A DNA stretch of 60,585 nucleotides, from contig NW_005201551.1 in NCBI RefSeq assembly GCF_000372725.1, positions 93,167 to 153,751 of the forward strand, given 5' to 3'. Below are positions 1 through 35,220 of this stretch, in pieces. The translations under genes and the position numbers were made by a program. Each line of letters starts with the position of its first letter. Positions within the stretch are counted from its first letter, which is position 1. This DNA comes from Emiliania huxleyi CCMP1516. Lineage: Eukaryota. The notes under the pieces were generated by a model, which had not been told where the DNA came from, made no database searches, and saw only the letters and a program-made list of their open reading frames with translations.

Positions 1-1250
1 ACCACAAAAGGCACAGCAGACAACGGCCCCTTATGGGCCGTCGAAGAGGCCGTCATACTCCTCCGGCCTCGCCCCCCCTTCCCAACCCTCCCCTGGCTCA
101 GGCTCCTCATCCTCGCGGCGCGCAGTGCGCACCCCGCCCCGCGAAGACGAACCCTTCCGCCGGCGTGCCTCGCGGGACTGCCGCCCGCTGCCGCCGCCCT
201 TCCCCCCCTCCGCCGCCCGCGCCTTCTCCGCCGCCCGTGCGGCCTCCTCCACCTCCTCCGCCGCCAACAGCGCCTCCCTCCGCGTGACCCCTATGGGCCC
301 CTTGCGCATCCAGGAGAGGTCGCGCGAGCGACCTATCCAGGGGTTACTCGAATACGGCGCAACGTAGCCGCTGCGCAGCTCCGAGTAGTCGCCAAAGCCC
401 CCCCCAAATAGCCCTCCAGGCAAGCATCGCAGACCCACTCGCCTAACTGATGTTGCCTGGGCATGAAGGAGAGCTGCTACCGATGACACCCAGCCTTCCC
501 GTTCTCGTAAATAAGGAAACAAAAGGTGAACGGTGCCCCAATTTATGCACTTGGAGCACTTGGAGTGCAGTCGGCAACCTCACGCCCAGGACCGGGGAGC
601 TGAGAAGCGCACCCAGTTGGCCGGACGCTCGGCATCGGGTTGCGGGCAAGAGAGCCCTAGCCCAGGGGGTGCGCGTTCGCAGGGCCATAACACGGGTCTC
701 CGAGGGTTGGTTCTGCGCTCCGGGTTTCCCCTAGCTGCGGAACGCCCCCTCTACTCGGAGCTAAAGAATACTCTCCGAGAGTTAGTCCGCGCTCCAGGTT
801 TCCCCTAGCAGCGGAGCGCCCCCTCTACTCGGAGCTAGTGGACACGACACTAGCTAGTGATACGAGAATACGCACCGTCCCCACGCAATACCTTACTCGA
901 AGATAATACGAGAATACGCAGCTGCGAGACACCTGTCGAGCAGCTTCCGCGGCGGGCAGCTTCCGCGGCCGTGGGGCGTGTGGGTGGGTGGGGGGGGGGG
1001 GGGGCGAAAAGGGAAGCGGCCCTGTACGGGCGCCCAAAAAAAAGATTAGGGAAACCGCGCCGGGGGGGGGGGGGGGGGGGCCCCCCCTCCTAGGAGGGGC
1101 CACCCCCACCAGGGGGGGGGAGGGGGGGGTTCTTTTTTTTGGGGAACTTTGGGGGGAGGGCGCAACCCCCCATCCCGGGCCGGGGGGTTAAAAAGCCCCC
1201 CCCCCGGGCCGGAAAATTCGCCTCGGCTTCGGGCTAAAAAACCCCCCCCC

Positions 1251-1946
1251 NNNNNNNNNNNNNNNNNNNNNNNNNNNNNNNNNNNNNNNNNNNNNNNNNN
1301 NNNNNNNNNNNNNNNNNNNNNNNNNNNNNNNNNNNNNNNNNNNNNNNNNNNNNNNNNNNNNNNNNNNNNNNNNNNNNNNNNNNNNNNNNNNNNNNNNNNN
1401 NNNNNNNNNNNNNNNNNNNNNNNNNNNNNNNNNNNNNNNNNNNNNNNNNNNNNNNNNNNNNNNNNNNNNNNNNNNNNNNNNNNNNNNNNNNNNNNNNNNN
1501 NNNNNNNNNNNNNNNNNNNNNNNNNNNNNNNNNNNNNNNNNNNNNNNNNNNNNNNNNNNNNNNNNNNNNNNNNNNNNNNNNNNNNNNNNNNNNNNNNNNN
1601 NNNNNNNNNNNNNNNNNNNNNNNNNNNNNNNNNNNNNNNNNNNNNNNNNNNNNNNNNNNNNNNNNNNNNNNNNNNNNNNNNNNNNNNNNNNNNNNNNNNN
1701 NNNNNNNNNNNNNNNNNNNNNNNNNNNNNNNNNNNNNNNNNNNNNNNNNNNNNNNNNNNNNNNNNNNNNNNNNNNNNNNNNNNNNNNNNNNNNNNNNNNN
1801 NNNNNNNNNNNNNNNNNNNNNNNNNNNNNNNNNNNNNNNNNNNNNNNNNNNNNNNNNNNNNNNNNNNNNNNNNNNNNNNNNNNNNNNNNNNNNNNNNNNN
1901 NNNNNNNNNNNNNNNNNNNNNNNNNNNNNNNNNNNNNNNNNNNNNN
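1251..1946. other. Assembly gap (N run) flanked by low-quality G/C homopolymer sequence
   Basis: Run of n; poly-G/poly-C read-end type sequence at ~985-1250. Confidence 0.98.
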
Positions 1947-3154
1947 GTTGCGGGGGGGGGAGCGAGAGATGGGGTGGCGGAGGAGGCGGAGGCAGGCGAG
2001 GCGGCGGCGGGGGTTGGCACGGGGGCGGCAGAGATGGAGAGGGGGGAGGGGGGGGGGAATGAGGGAGAAGGAGAGAAAGAAAGAGGAGGAGAGAGAGAGA
2101 GGGCTAGGATGGGGGGGGAGAGAGAGGGGGCAGGGGGGGGGTTTGGAATGTCCGACTCCCGGGTGGAGACACTGCCCTTTGCAGGAGTCACGTGTCCCCA
2201 ACAACCGGCAGTCGGTAATGAGGTTTGGTTGGTTGAGGAAGACGGCCCCCGGTTCCTATACAGAAACAGCGAGGTAAAGTTCGGCGGCTATGATAAACCG
2301 AAAGTTGTCGTAAAACGCGGGCGAAAGCAAAGCAGAGGGCGGGCGCTTTCTGCCGCAGCGATGCCCGCAGCCTGTCGAGCAGCTTCCGCGGCGCACATGC
2401 GCCGCGGGGTTGAACGACAGCCGCGCCTCTCGAGCCACCCGTGCCACACGCGGCGACGCGCACCCTGCGCGCCAGTCGGCGCACTGGCAGTACTGCGCCA
2501 GCCAGCACGGCGTGGAGCAATGCATCCAGGGCATTGTGTTGGGCGCCAGCCAGCATGCCTCAGCACAGAGCAAGAGCGCATGCTGCGCACCCTGGCGCAG
2601 CACCAGCTCGCCTCCAATCAGGCACTCTCACCACTGCACAGCCGCCCACGAGCGCCCGCAGCTGCACTGCTCAACGCTCAAGCTCAGGAGCCTCCCCTTG
2701 TTGTCGCAGCTTTGTGCAGTGCAGCGTGCGAGCAGCGCAGCGCCAGGCAGACCCGTGGCACGCCCGGGCGGCTGTGGGACGGAGGCCCGCCGAGCGAGTG
2801 CGAGCCGCATCGGCGGCCGTGTCTCCCGCAGCCGCGAGCGAGCGGTGCAAAGAGGCAGCGTCGCGCATGCTTTTCCGTAACGGTTCTGGGTTGTCTCTTA
2901 TGATTTTCTTCTTTTTTGCGAAAAATTCGGTAGATCCAGGTTAATGAACCGAATATGACCGTCTGAAAAAATTGCCAGAAGAGGAAAAGAGCCCCCCCCC
3001 CCCCCCCCCAAAAAAAAACACACACACACGGTCTACGTGAGAGCCTCGTACGTCGCTCCCGCGTCACAACTGTGAGGCACAGTCCGCGTGCACCCCTGGG
3101 ATGGGGTGCACCCCTGGGATGGGGTTGAGAGATGGGGCGCGATTACGAGCTTGG

Positions 3155-4714
3155 TCACGCTGCCTTCCGCGCCCCGTCCCAGTCCCGGATCATCCGGCGC
3201 AGCATGTGGTGCGGGAAGAGGCTAGTGTTCTCGAGCTCGCCGCCCGTCATCGGGCTCGTCGACTTGGTCGCGAGCCAGCGCTCGATCGCACACCGCTCAT
3301 ACGCGTGCCCATCGGCCGCCATCACCGGGTCGCTCATGATTTCGGTCGTGATCGGGCAGACGAAGTCGTCGGGCGGCTCCTCCTCCCCCGGCGGCGCCTC
3401 CGGCTCTGTCGGCTGCTCCACCGCCGCCCGCCTCTCCTCCTCCAGCCTCGCGCTCTCTTCGAGCGCCGCCGCCAACTCCGCCTCCTCCGCCGCCGCCAGC
3501 GCTGCCTCATCCTCGGGCTCCCGCGACGGCCCAGCGCCGCCTCCGCCGCCCTTCCCCTTCTTCTTCTTCTTCTTGCCCTTCTTGCTCTCCTTGGCGCGCT
3601 CCCCCTCCTTCTCCGCCTCCTCCTCTGCCAGCAGCGCCTCGGCATGCCGCGCCGCCTCCGCCTCTGCCGCCGCTCTCTCCGCCTCCCTCGCCGCTGCCTC
3701 CGCCGACGCCTCCGCCGCCGCATGCTCCTCGAGGGCGCGCACGCACTCGGCGTGGCCCTCCTCCTTGGCCATCTGCAGCGCCGTCCTGCCGCTCGCAGAG
3801 CACAACGCCGCGTCTGCGCCCGCCCGCAGCAGGTGGAGGACGACGGCGGGGTGACCGTTGCCGGCGGCGTCCATCAGCGCGGTGTCGCCGTCGCTGTTCT
3901 GCTTGTTGATCTCCGCGCCGCGCTGCAACAGAAGATCGACCACCCGCTCGTGGCCGGTGCTGGCGGCGTACATCAGCGCGGTGACGTCATTGCCGTCCTG
4001 CATGTCGACCTCTGCGCCATGCTGTAGCAGCAGCTCAACCACCCGCTTGTGGCCGGTGCTGGCGGCGAGCATCAGCTCGGTGTTGCCGTTGCAGTTCTGC
4101 ATGTTGATCTCCGCGCCGCGCTGCAACAGAAGATCAACCACCCGCTCGCGGCCGTTTCCGGCGGCGATGATCAGCGCGGTGACGCCGTTGCCGTCCTGCT
4201 TGTTGATCTCCGCGCCGCGCTGCAACAGCAGCTCGACCACCCGCTCGTAGCCCTTCTGGGCGGCGTACATCAGCGCGATGCCGCCGTTGCCGTCCTGCTT
4301 GTTGATCTCCGCGCCGCGCTGCAGCAGCAACTCGACCACCCGCTCGTGGCCGTAGCCGGAGGCGCACATCAGCGCGGTGACGCTTCTGCTGTTCTGCAAG
4401 TTGATCTCTGCGCCGCGCTGCAGCAGCAAGTTGACCACCCGCTCGTGGCCCTGGCCGGCGGCGCCCATCAGCGCGGTGCCGCCGTCGCCGCTCTGCAAGT
4501 CGATCTCCGCGCCGCGCTGCAACAGAAGATTGACCACCCGCTCGTGGCTGTGGGCGGCGGCGATCATCAGCACGGTGACGCCGCTCACACCACCTACCCC
4601 GCAAGTCGCGTTGATCCGCCCGCCGCTGTCGAGCCATGCCAGCAGCGCCGCCTCGTCGCCTCGCCCAGCCACTAACGCCTCTGGCATCTCCGGCGGCAAC
4701 GCGGCAAAAGCCAT
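3155..4714 (-). CDS. Ankyrin-repeat protein with charged linker and C-terminal U-box (putative E3 ubiquitin ligase), intronless
   Basis: ATG at 4714 (MAFAALPP). About 9 tandem 33-aa ankyrin repeats (GxTALMxAAxxGHERVVxLLLQRGAEIN), an A/E/K-rich linker, then a U-box (PDDFVCPITTEIMSDPVMAADGHAYERCAIERWL...SPMTG...LFPHHMLRRMIRDW). Confidence 0.93.
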   Translation of the reverse strand: MAFAALPPEMPEALVAGRGDEAALLAWLDSGGRINATCGVGGVSGVTVLMIAAAHSHERVVNLLLQRGAEIDLQSGDGGTALMGAAGQGHERVVNLLLQRGAEINLQNSRSVTALMCASGYGHERVVELLLQRGAEINKQDGNGGIALMYAAQKGYERVVELLLQRGAEINKQDGNGVTALIIAAGNGRERVVDLLLQRGAEINMQNCNGNTELMLAASTGHKRVVELLLQHGAEVDMQDGNDVTALMYAASTGHERVVDLLLQRGAEINKQNSDGDTALMDAAGNGHPAVVLHLLRAGADAALCSASGRTALQMAKEEGHAECVRALEEHAAAEASAEAAAREAERAAAEAEAARHAEALLAEEEAEKEGERAKESKKGKKKKKKGKGGGGGAGPSREPEDEAALAAAEEAELAAALEESARLEEERRAAVEQPTEPEAPPGEEEPPDDFVCPITTEIMSDPVMAADGHAYERCAIERWLATKSTSPMTGGELENTSLFPHHMLRRMIRDWDGARKAA

Positions 4715-4767
4715 CGATCCCGCCGTTTCTTTTGTTGTAAGATTCTTTTGTGGGGACGGCACCACGC

Positions 4768-5270
4768 GAGAGAGAGAGAGAGAGAGAGAGAGAGCTGCTG
4801 CGCGCACGCGGCGGCGCCGCTCTCTCGCGAGACGGCTGGCGACGCGGCTCGCCGCCGACGTACGGTGCGCTCGTCCGACGGTCCGCAGCGTGGCGTGCGC
4901 GGCGCTGAGCGCCGCTCTGCGAGCGCCTCTGCGCCTGCACTGCCTGTCTCTGTTGCTGTTGGTGGTGGTGGTGCTGCTGCTGCTGGTGCCGATGCTGCTG
5001 CTGGCGCGGCGCGGCTGTGCGACTGGGCTCGACGCGCGCGTCGCGAGCGTCTGACGCGGCGGGCGGCGTCGGGCAGGTGCGCTTCTCTCTCGGGTGGTGG
5101 TGGTGGTGCTGCTGCTGCTGCTGGTGGTGCAGATGCTGCTGCTGGTGCGGCGCGGCTCTCCGACGCGACTCGATGCGCGCGTCGCGGCTATCTGACGCGG
5201 CGGGCGGCGTCGCGGGCGGCAGCGGTGGCGGCTCGCGGGTGGAGGTGGAGGCTGGTGGCTGTGGTGGACT
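4768..5270. repeat. (GA)n, (GCT)n/(GGT)n low-complexity tract with an imperfect ~140-bp direct duplication
   Basis: ggtggtggtgctgctgctgctg...gatgctgctgctgg...cgcgcgtcgcg...tctgacgcggcgggcggcgtcg occurs at ~4960-5071 and again at ~5095-5212. Confidence 0.75.
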
Positions 5271-6234
5271 TTGAGTTTATTTCATGGTCGTGTACGGGGA
5301 CCGGGGGGTCAACCGGGAGGCAGGGGGTTCAACCAGGCGACGGAGGACCGTGGGCCATCGCGAGGACGGGTCCGTCCGGAGGACGAGCTCGGTAGATCCG
5401 GATGGTCTTCACGCCGGTGGGTGGCACCGAGGCGTCTTGGACGCTCAGCTCTACCTTAAGCTCCTGAGGGGCGCGTGGTTGTAACCACGTAGTATGACTA
5501 CAACCCACCACAGACACCCTCCCCCACTCCTCACGTGTGTTCACACCCTCACCCTCTCCTCTCTCCTCTCTCTCTCTCTCTCTCTCCTCTCTCTCCTCTT
5601 GTCTGTGCTGTCTGCCTGACTCAGGCACTCAATCTGCCGATGCGTGATTGTGTGTGGGCTGCTCCGAGGGGGCCCTCTGTGCGATCCGACGGGTAGGGGG
5701 GCTGTGCCCGGGCGGTGTCCGGTGTGGAGTCCCCTTCTGATCCCGCCTGGGATGTTGGGTGTGAGGTCGTGGAAGCTTTGATCCCAAGGGGGGGAGCCGA
5801 TCCCACTCATAACCAACTCTCAGGGGCAGTAGGTGGGCGAGCTTCAGGCGCGCTCATCTCGATCGTCAAGACGTTGCTACGCGCGGTCTTCCGCGGGGGG
5901 AGCTGCGTCGACGGGTGCGGGACCGCGGCGCAGCCAGTGCCGTGGCGATGCCTCCGGCTGTTTGCGGCGGGCGGCTTGCTGCTCGCTGCGATGGCGAAAA
6001 ACTCGTCTCGCCACACGCCAAGGGCTTATGCTCTGGCGAGACGTGAGGCGCATGCGCCCAGGAGGGGAGGGGGCATGTGTAACGACACTGCTAGAGATGC
6101 CTTTCGGGGCCCAGAGATAAAACTTCTGTGATGCCATGCGTGACCTAGTAGTGTCCCCAGCTATGGGCGTGTCCACGTTGGAGCCAGGTGTGGTGTGGGC
6201 GCGAGAATAGCTCCGCCGTTCATGGAGGCAACCG

Positions 6235-8305
6235 ATGCGAGTCGACTGGTGTGTGTCGTCGTGGTTTCGTATCAAGAATTCTCTCTCTGGCACCACGCCC
6301 CCACAGCAGCAGCGACCACCCGACTGGACGGCGTACACTGATGGGTCGGAAGACGGAGGCAGGGCAGGATGGGCGTACGCCGTAGTCATGGGCGGGGACG
6401 GCATACGCGACGTAAATGCCATGCTCGTGACCGAAGGCTACGGCCCCGTCGTGACTAGCCCCGTACACGCCGCTTTCGTGGGGGCGCGGAAACACACCAA
6501 TAACACGGCAGAACTGTCAGCGCTTGCGGAGCTTTTTCGCTCACTACTCCACACGGCACCACAACCAGCAGGCTCACGAGGGGTGGTCCGAACGGACAGC
6601 GAGTACGCGATGGCGTGTGCGACGGGGAGAATCTCGCCGGGGGAGAACGCACAACTAGCGAGCTATCTTCGAGCAGCGTGGCGGCATTTAGCGTCGAGGC
6701 ACGAAGTGACATGGAGACACGTCAAGGGGCACAGTGGTCATAAGTGGAACGACTACGTCGATAAGAAAGCTGACCTCGGCAGGAGCGGCGCGAGGGATTG
6801 CGGCGCGCCGGAGTGGCAAGACGAGTCTGTCCCAACAGACGCAGACGACGGGGAGAGCAGCACCGTGGGCGACGACGTGGGTATTAACGGAAGAGGTACA
6901 ACCATCCCACTCGACGACATCGGTGATGGGGCCTCTAGCTACGCCGATGACCCACCCGACTCCCCCGAAAACGAACCGCCGCCTAGCGCCCCGCCCTCGT
7001 CGCCTAAAGCCCCCATCGTGGAGCAGGGGGTGATATGGATTTCATACACGCCGAGCGCGCAGGCGCGACACATCGGAGACAACAAGGGGATCCGGCGTGA
7101 AAGAGCTATCGACATTGACGTTGACCCAGCCGATTCCACCGATGTCGACGTCATTACCTCCGCGGCTACCCTGAGCCCTGGCTGTCAGGCTGTCAGGTGC
7201 TGTCAGGTGATCTGTCAGGCTGTCGGGCAGCTGTCAGGCGCTGTCAGGTGCCTCTGTCAGACCAGCTGTCGGGTGCTGTCAGTGCTGTCAGGTGCTGTCG
7301 GGTGCGTGTCTGACATCAGAGGGGATCTGTAGCTGTCAGGTGCTGTCGGAGCTGTCGGGTGTTGCTGTCAGACGCTGTCGGAGCTGTCAGAGCTGTCAGG
7401 CTGCTGCTGCTGTCAGACGTTGGGCTGTTGCTGTCAGGTGCTGTCAGGTGGTGCTGTCGGGTGCTGTCAGGCTCTGACACACACCAGCCACACTTATGAC
7501 ACTATCAAGAGGAGACCAGCAGGACTCTGCTGCACATACTCTAGTCTCTACTCTGCCTCCGGTCCCACCATCTTCTTCATGGTGGACGTCACCATCTTCT
7601 TGTCTGCCGCACTGAGAGAATAGCAGAGAGGCAGGGTGGAGTGCTTCTTCAGGTACACCTTGCTGATGATCTGGTAGTTGCTGGTCCAGCGGAAGGCCTC
7701 CCCATCGTTGTCGCTCGTCAGCTGGTAGTACTTGCACGCTCTGTGGCTGTCGGGCTGTCAGCGCTGCTGTCAGGCCGCTGTGTGCTGTCGGGCTGTCGGG
7801 CAGCTGTCAGGCTGTCAGGTTAGGGCCTGACAGCGACGGGACGCCTCTGATGTCAGGCTCTGCTGTCAGGCTGTCAGATACGTGCTGTCAGGCTGTCAGA
7901 GAAAGTGCTGTCAACGCTGTCAGGCTGTCGGGCACTGTCAGGCGCTGTCCGGGGTTTGCTGTCAGGCTGTCAGACCAGGGCTCAGCGGCTACCGCGCTTT
8001 CGCTCGACGACACCGTGGAGAATCGCACCGAGGACCTTGCCGAGGCGATAGGCCGAATCACTTTGGGCCCCGCCCCCGCCCCCACCCCTCGGGGTGGGGG
8101 CACCCGCCCCTGTCGGGCGCCGCTTGCGGCGCCTGGCAGGGGCACCCCCTGGGTGGGGGCCGGCGATTCCCATGCCGGCTCTCCGCCACAACCCCCGCCG
8201 GGAGGGAATCCCTGCTCACAGAAAAGGGCTTCGAGCCCTGTCTCGCGCACGCCCCTGGCGGGCGCCGCGGAACTGTCAGCGGGTGGTGTGCGGTTCTTGC
8301 CGTAG
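6235..8305 (+). pseudogene. RNase HI-domain ORF (probably retroelement-derived) interrupted by a MITE
   Basis: RNase H motifs YTDGS, TNNTAEL, RTDSEYA, WRHVKGHSG.KWND.VD..A at ~6320-6780. The frame is broken at 7171 and resumes in frame at 7994 (..TSAAT|ALSLDDTVENR..) when the MITE plus one TSD copy is removed. Confidence 0.8.
7171..7985. mobile_element. Non-autonomous DNA transposon (MITE/deletion derivative), 11-bp TIRs, 8-bp TSD, CTGTCAG/CTGTCGG subterminal arrays
   Basis: TIR ctgagccctgg (7171-7181) / ccagggctcag (7975-7985). TSD cggctacc at 7163-7170 and 7986-7993. Dozens of gctgtcag/gctgtcgg motifs at both ends. Confidence 0.92.
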
Positions 8306-8573
8306 TTCCTCTTCGGTCGCCTAGCCCCGGCGCCGTCTGGCGGACGCCTGCGTGTCACGAGTGCGAGCCGCTCGCGGTTCGTACGCCCGCTTGCGGGTTC
8401 GAGTGGCGGGCTATCCCGCTTGCGGGATGGCTTAGCGGGTTCGAGCCGTCACACATTGGCTGCCGGGGTGTGCCGAGGGGGGCTGGGTGGGCGGTAAGCC
8501 GTCATTGCCCGGCGCTGCTTGGATGCAGCGCTCTGGGTGGTAGTGGCGGCGCTCCAAGAGTGGTGCTCTTGGG

Positions 8574-8751
8574 AAGAGGTTCCTCCTTTCCGCTCCCCCC
8601 CCGCAAGGCGCGAGACACACACACACGCTTAATCCCTTGCCTTCCATGTTAGTTTTCTTTTGAGCTAGCCTCGATGTTAAACAAACCAGTGGCGCGTCTT
8701 TTCTCCATATCGCGCGCGTTGCGGGGGGGGCGCGGAAAAGAGGAACCTCTT
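8574..8751. mobile_element. Short MITE-like element with ~38-bp imperfect terminal inverted repeats
   Basis: aagaggttcctcctttccgctccccccccgcaaggcgcg at 8574-8612 pairs with cgcgcgttgcgggggggg cgcggaaaagaggaacctctt at ~8713-8751. No clear TSD. Confidence 0.65.
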
Positions 8752-8860
8752 AGCGCCATCGCCATCGAAGCAGGACAGGCGCGAAAAACAGATTGCGTAA
8801 ACACGTGCAGACATGTGTCATTTTTTTGACACAATCGACAGTGTCGAACCAGCAACCCCC

Positions 8861-34080
<25,220 letters not shown>

Positions 34081-34554
34081 GGCCTTGCCAGCCCGGCCGG
34101 AGCCAGCACGGCAGAGCCGAAGCCGGTCGGCTCTGCAAGGTCGTTCCTCAGACGAACTGCCCGCAGTCCACAGAAAAAAAGAATTCTAGGCGCGCCCGTC
34201 TCACTACTAGTTACAGGAGTGATAGCTTTACTTAGTCTTTGCTCGCGTCGGCGCCGCCGAGCGCTGCACGGAGAGCATATTCACTGACCACCAACGACAG
34301 GTGTGCGACTACGCGCTCGTCTACGCGGAGAAGAAGAACGACGGCGACGCGCCGTACTCGGTCTCCTTCACCGCGACGCAGAGCGGCGACGTCATTGTGC
34401 AGCTCCACCCGCACTCACAGCTCGAGCGCGCGGTCCGCCATGAGCGGCAGGCGCAGGCCACGGAGCCGCCGCGAGCGCGAGCCCTGCGGCGCCGCCAGCC
34501 CCTGCCGCCGAGCCGCCAGCTGCGGAGCCGGGGGGGGGGGTACGGGGCATGGAG

Positions 34555-35061
34555 GGGGAGAGGAAGAGCAAGGGCGAGAGAGGGCAAGGGACTGGGCGCT
34601 GGCATACCAGGGGGGGCAGGGTGGTGGGCGGCGACCGCCGCATACCGTCCTACGGCGGGGACTATCGCTACGCCAGGGAAGACAAGGGCGTCGAAGTGCA
34701 GCTGCTGCTGTTCGAATCGTTCGGCGGGTTCGGAAAGGGGGTCCGTGAGATCCTCCGGAGAGCGGCGGACGTGCTACAGAACAAGCTGACGCGGGCCCAG
34801 TACCTCGATGAGGTGACTTGGACCACCAAGAGCTGGCTGGGGCTGCAGAAGCAGCGCATCTCAGTCGTTCTTCACACGGCCATCGCAGAGCAGGTCGTGA
34901 ATGAGCTTGCCTGTGGCGGGGGTGGGCGGGTGCACGGAGCTAAGTGCCTCGCCACCCTCGCAGGAGTCGCTTAGGCGGCTCCCGTGGTGTACCTGTGTTA
35001 GTGCCAGTGCGCGCCAGTCCCGTGCCCAGTGTTGTGCGAGGGAGTTTCGTTGTAAGATTCT
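34555..35061 (+). mobile_element. 507-bp left arm of an inverted repeat; encodes a C-terminal fragment resembling RLE-type non-LTR retrotransposon ORFs
   Basis: Peptide GDYRYAREDKGVEVQLLLFESFGGFGKGVREILRR...SWLGLQKQRISVVLH (stop 34974). Near-identical reverse complement at 38112-38618. Partial tandem copy at 35070-35213. Confidence 0.8.
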
Positions 35062-35220
35062 CAAAAAGTCGGAGCTAAGTGCCTCGCCACCCTCGCAGGA
35101 GTCGCTTAGGCGGCTCCCGTGGTGTACCTGTGTTGGTGCCAGTGCGAGCCAGTCCCGTGCCCAGTCCTGTGCCCAGTGTCGTGCGAGGGAGTTTTTTGAA
35201 AATTCTCAAAAAGTTGTAAC

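Noticed and set aside
31..522. Minus-strand ORF with an EALLAAEE..KGGG tail reminiscent of the ankyrin/U-box linker
   Set aside because: Similarity is confined to low-complexity sequence and no domain is recognisable. It may be a terminal exon or a fragment.
1046..2903. Long ORFs spanning N runs (also 17906-19353, 20127-21935, 55454-56715)
   Set aside because: Artefacts of gaps and microsatellites (poly-X, VR, LT, HT, CV translations).
3101..4940. Plus-strand and alternative-frame ORFs over the ankyrin gene; likewise 39667-41070 over ABCB and 35206-36645 (-) over HET-LRR
   Set aside because: Shadow ORFs caused by high GC3. The recognised domains are in a different frame or strand.
34301..34500. 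Exon-like piece after a CAG (VCDYALVYAEKKNDGDAPYSVSF..) as the missing 5' part of the HET-LRR gene
   Set aside because: No start codon and no convincing splice link across the repeat arm. Left unassigned.
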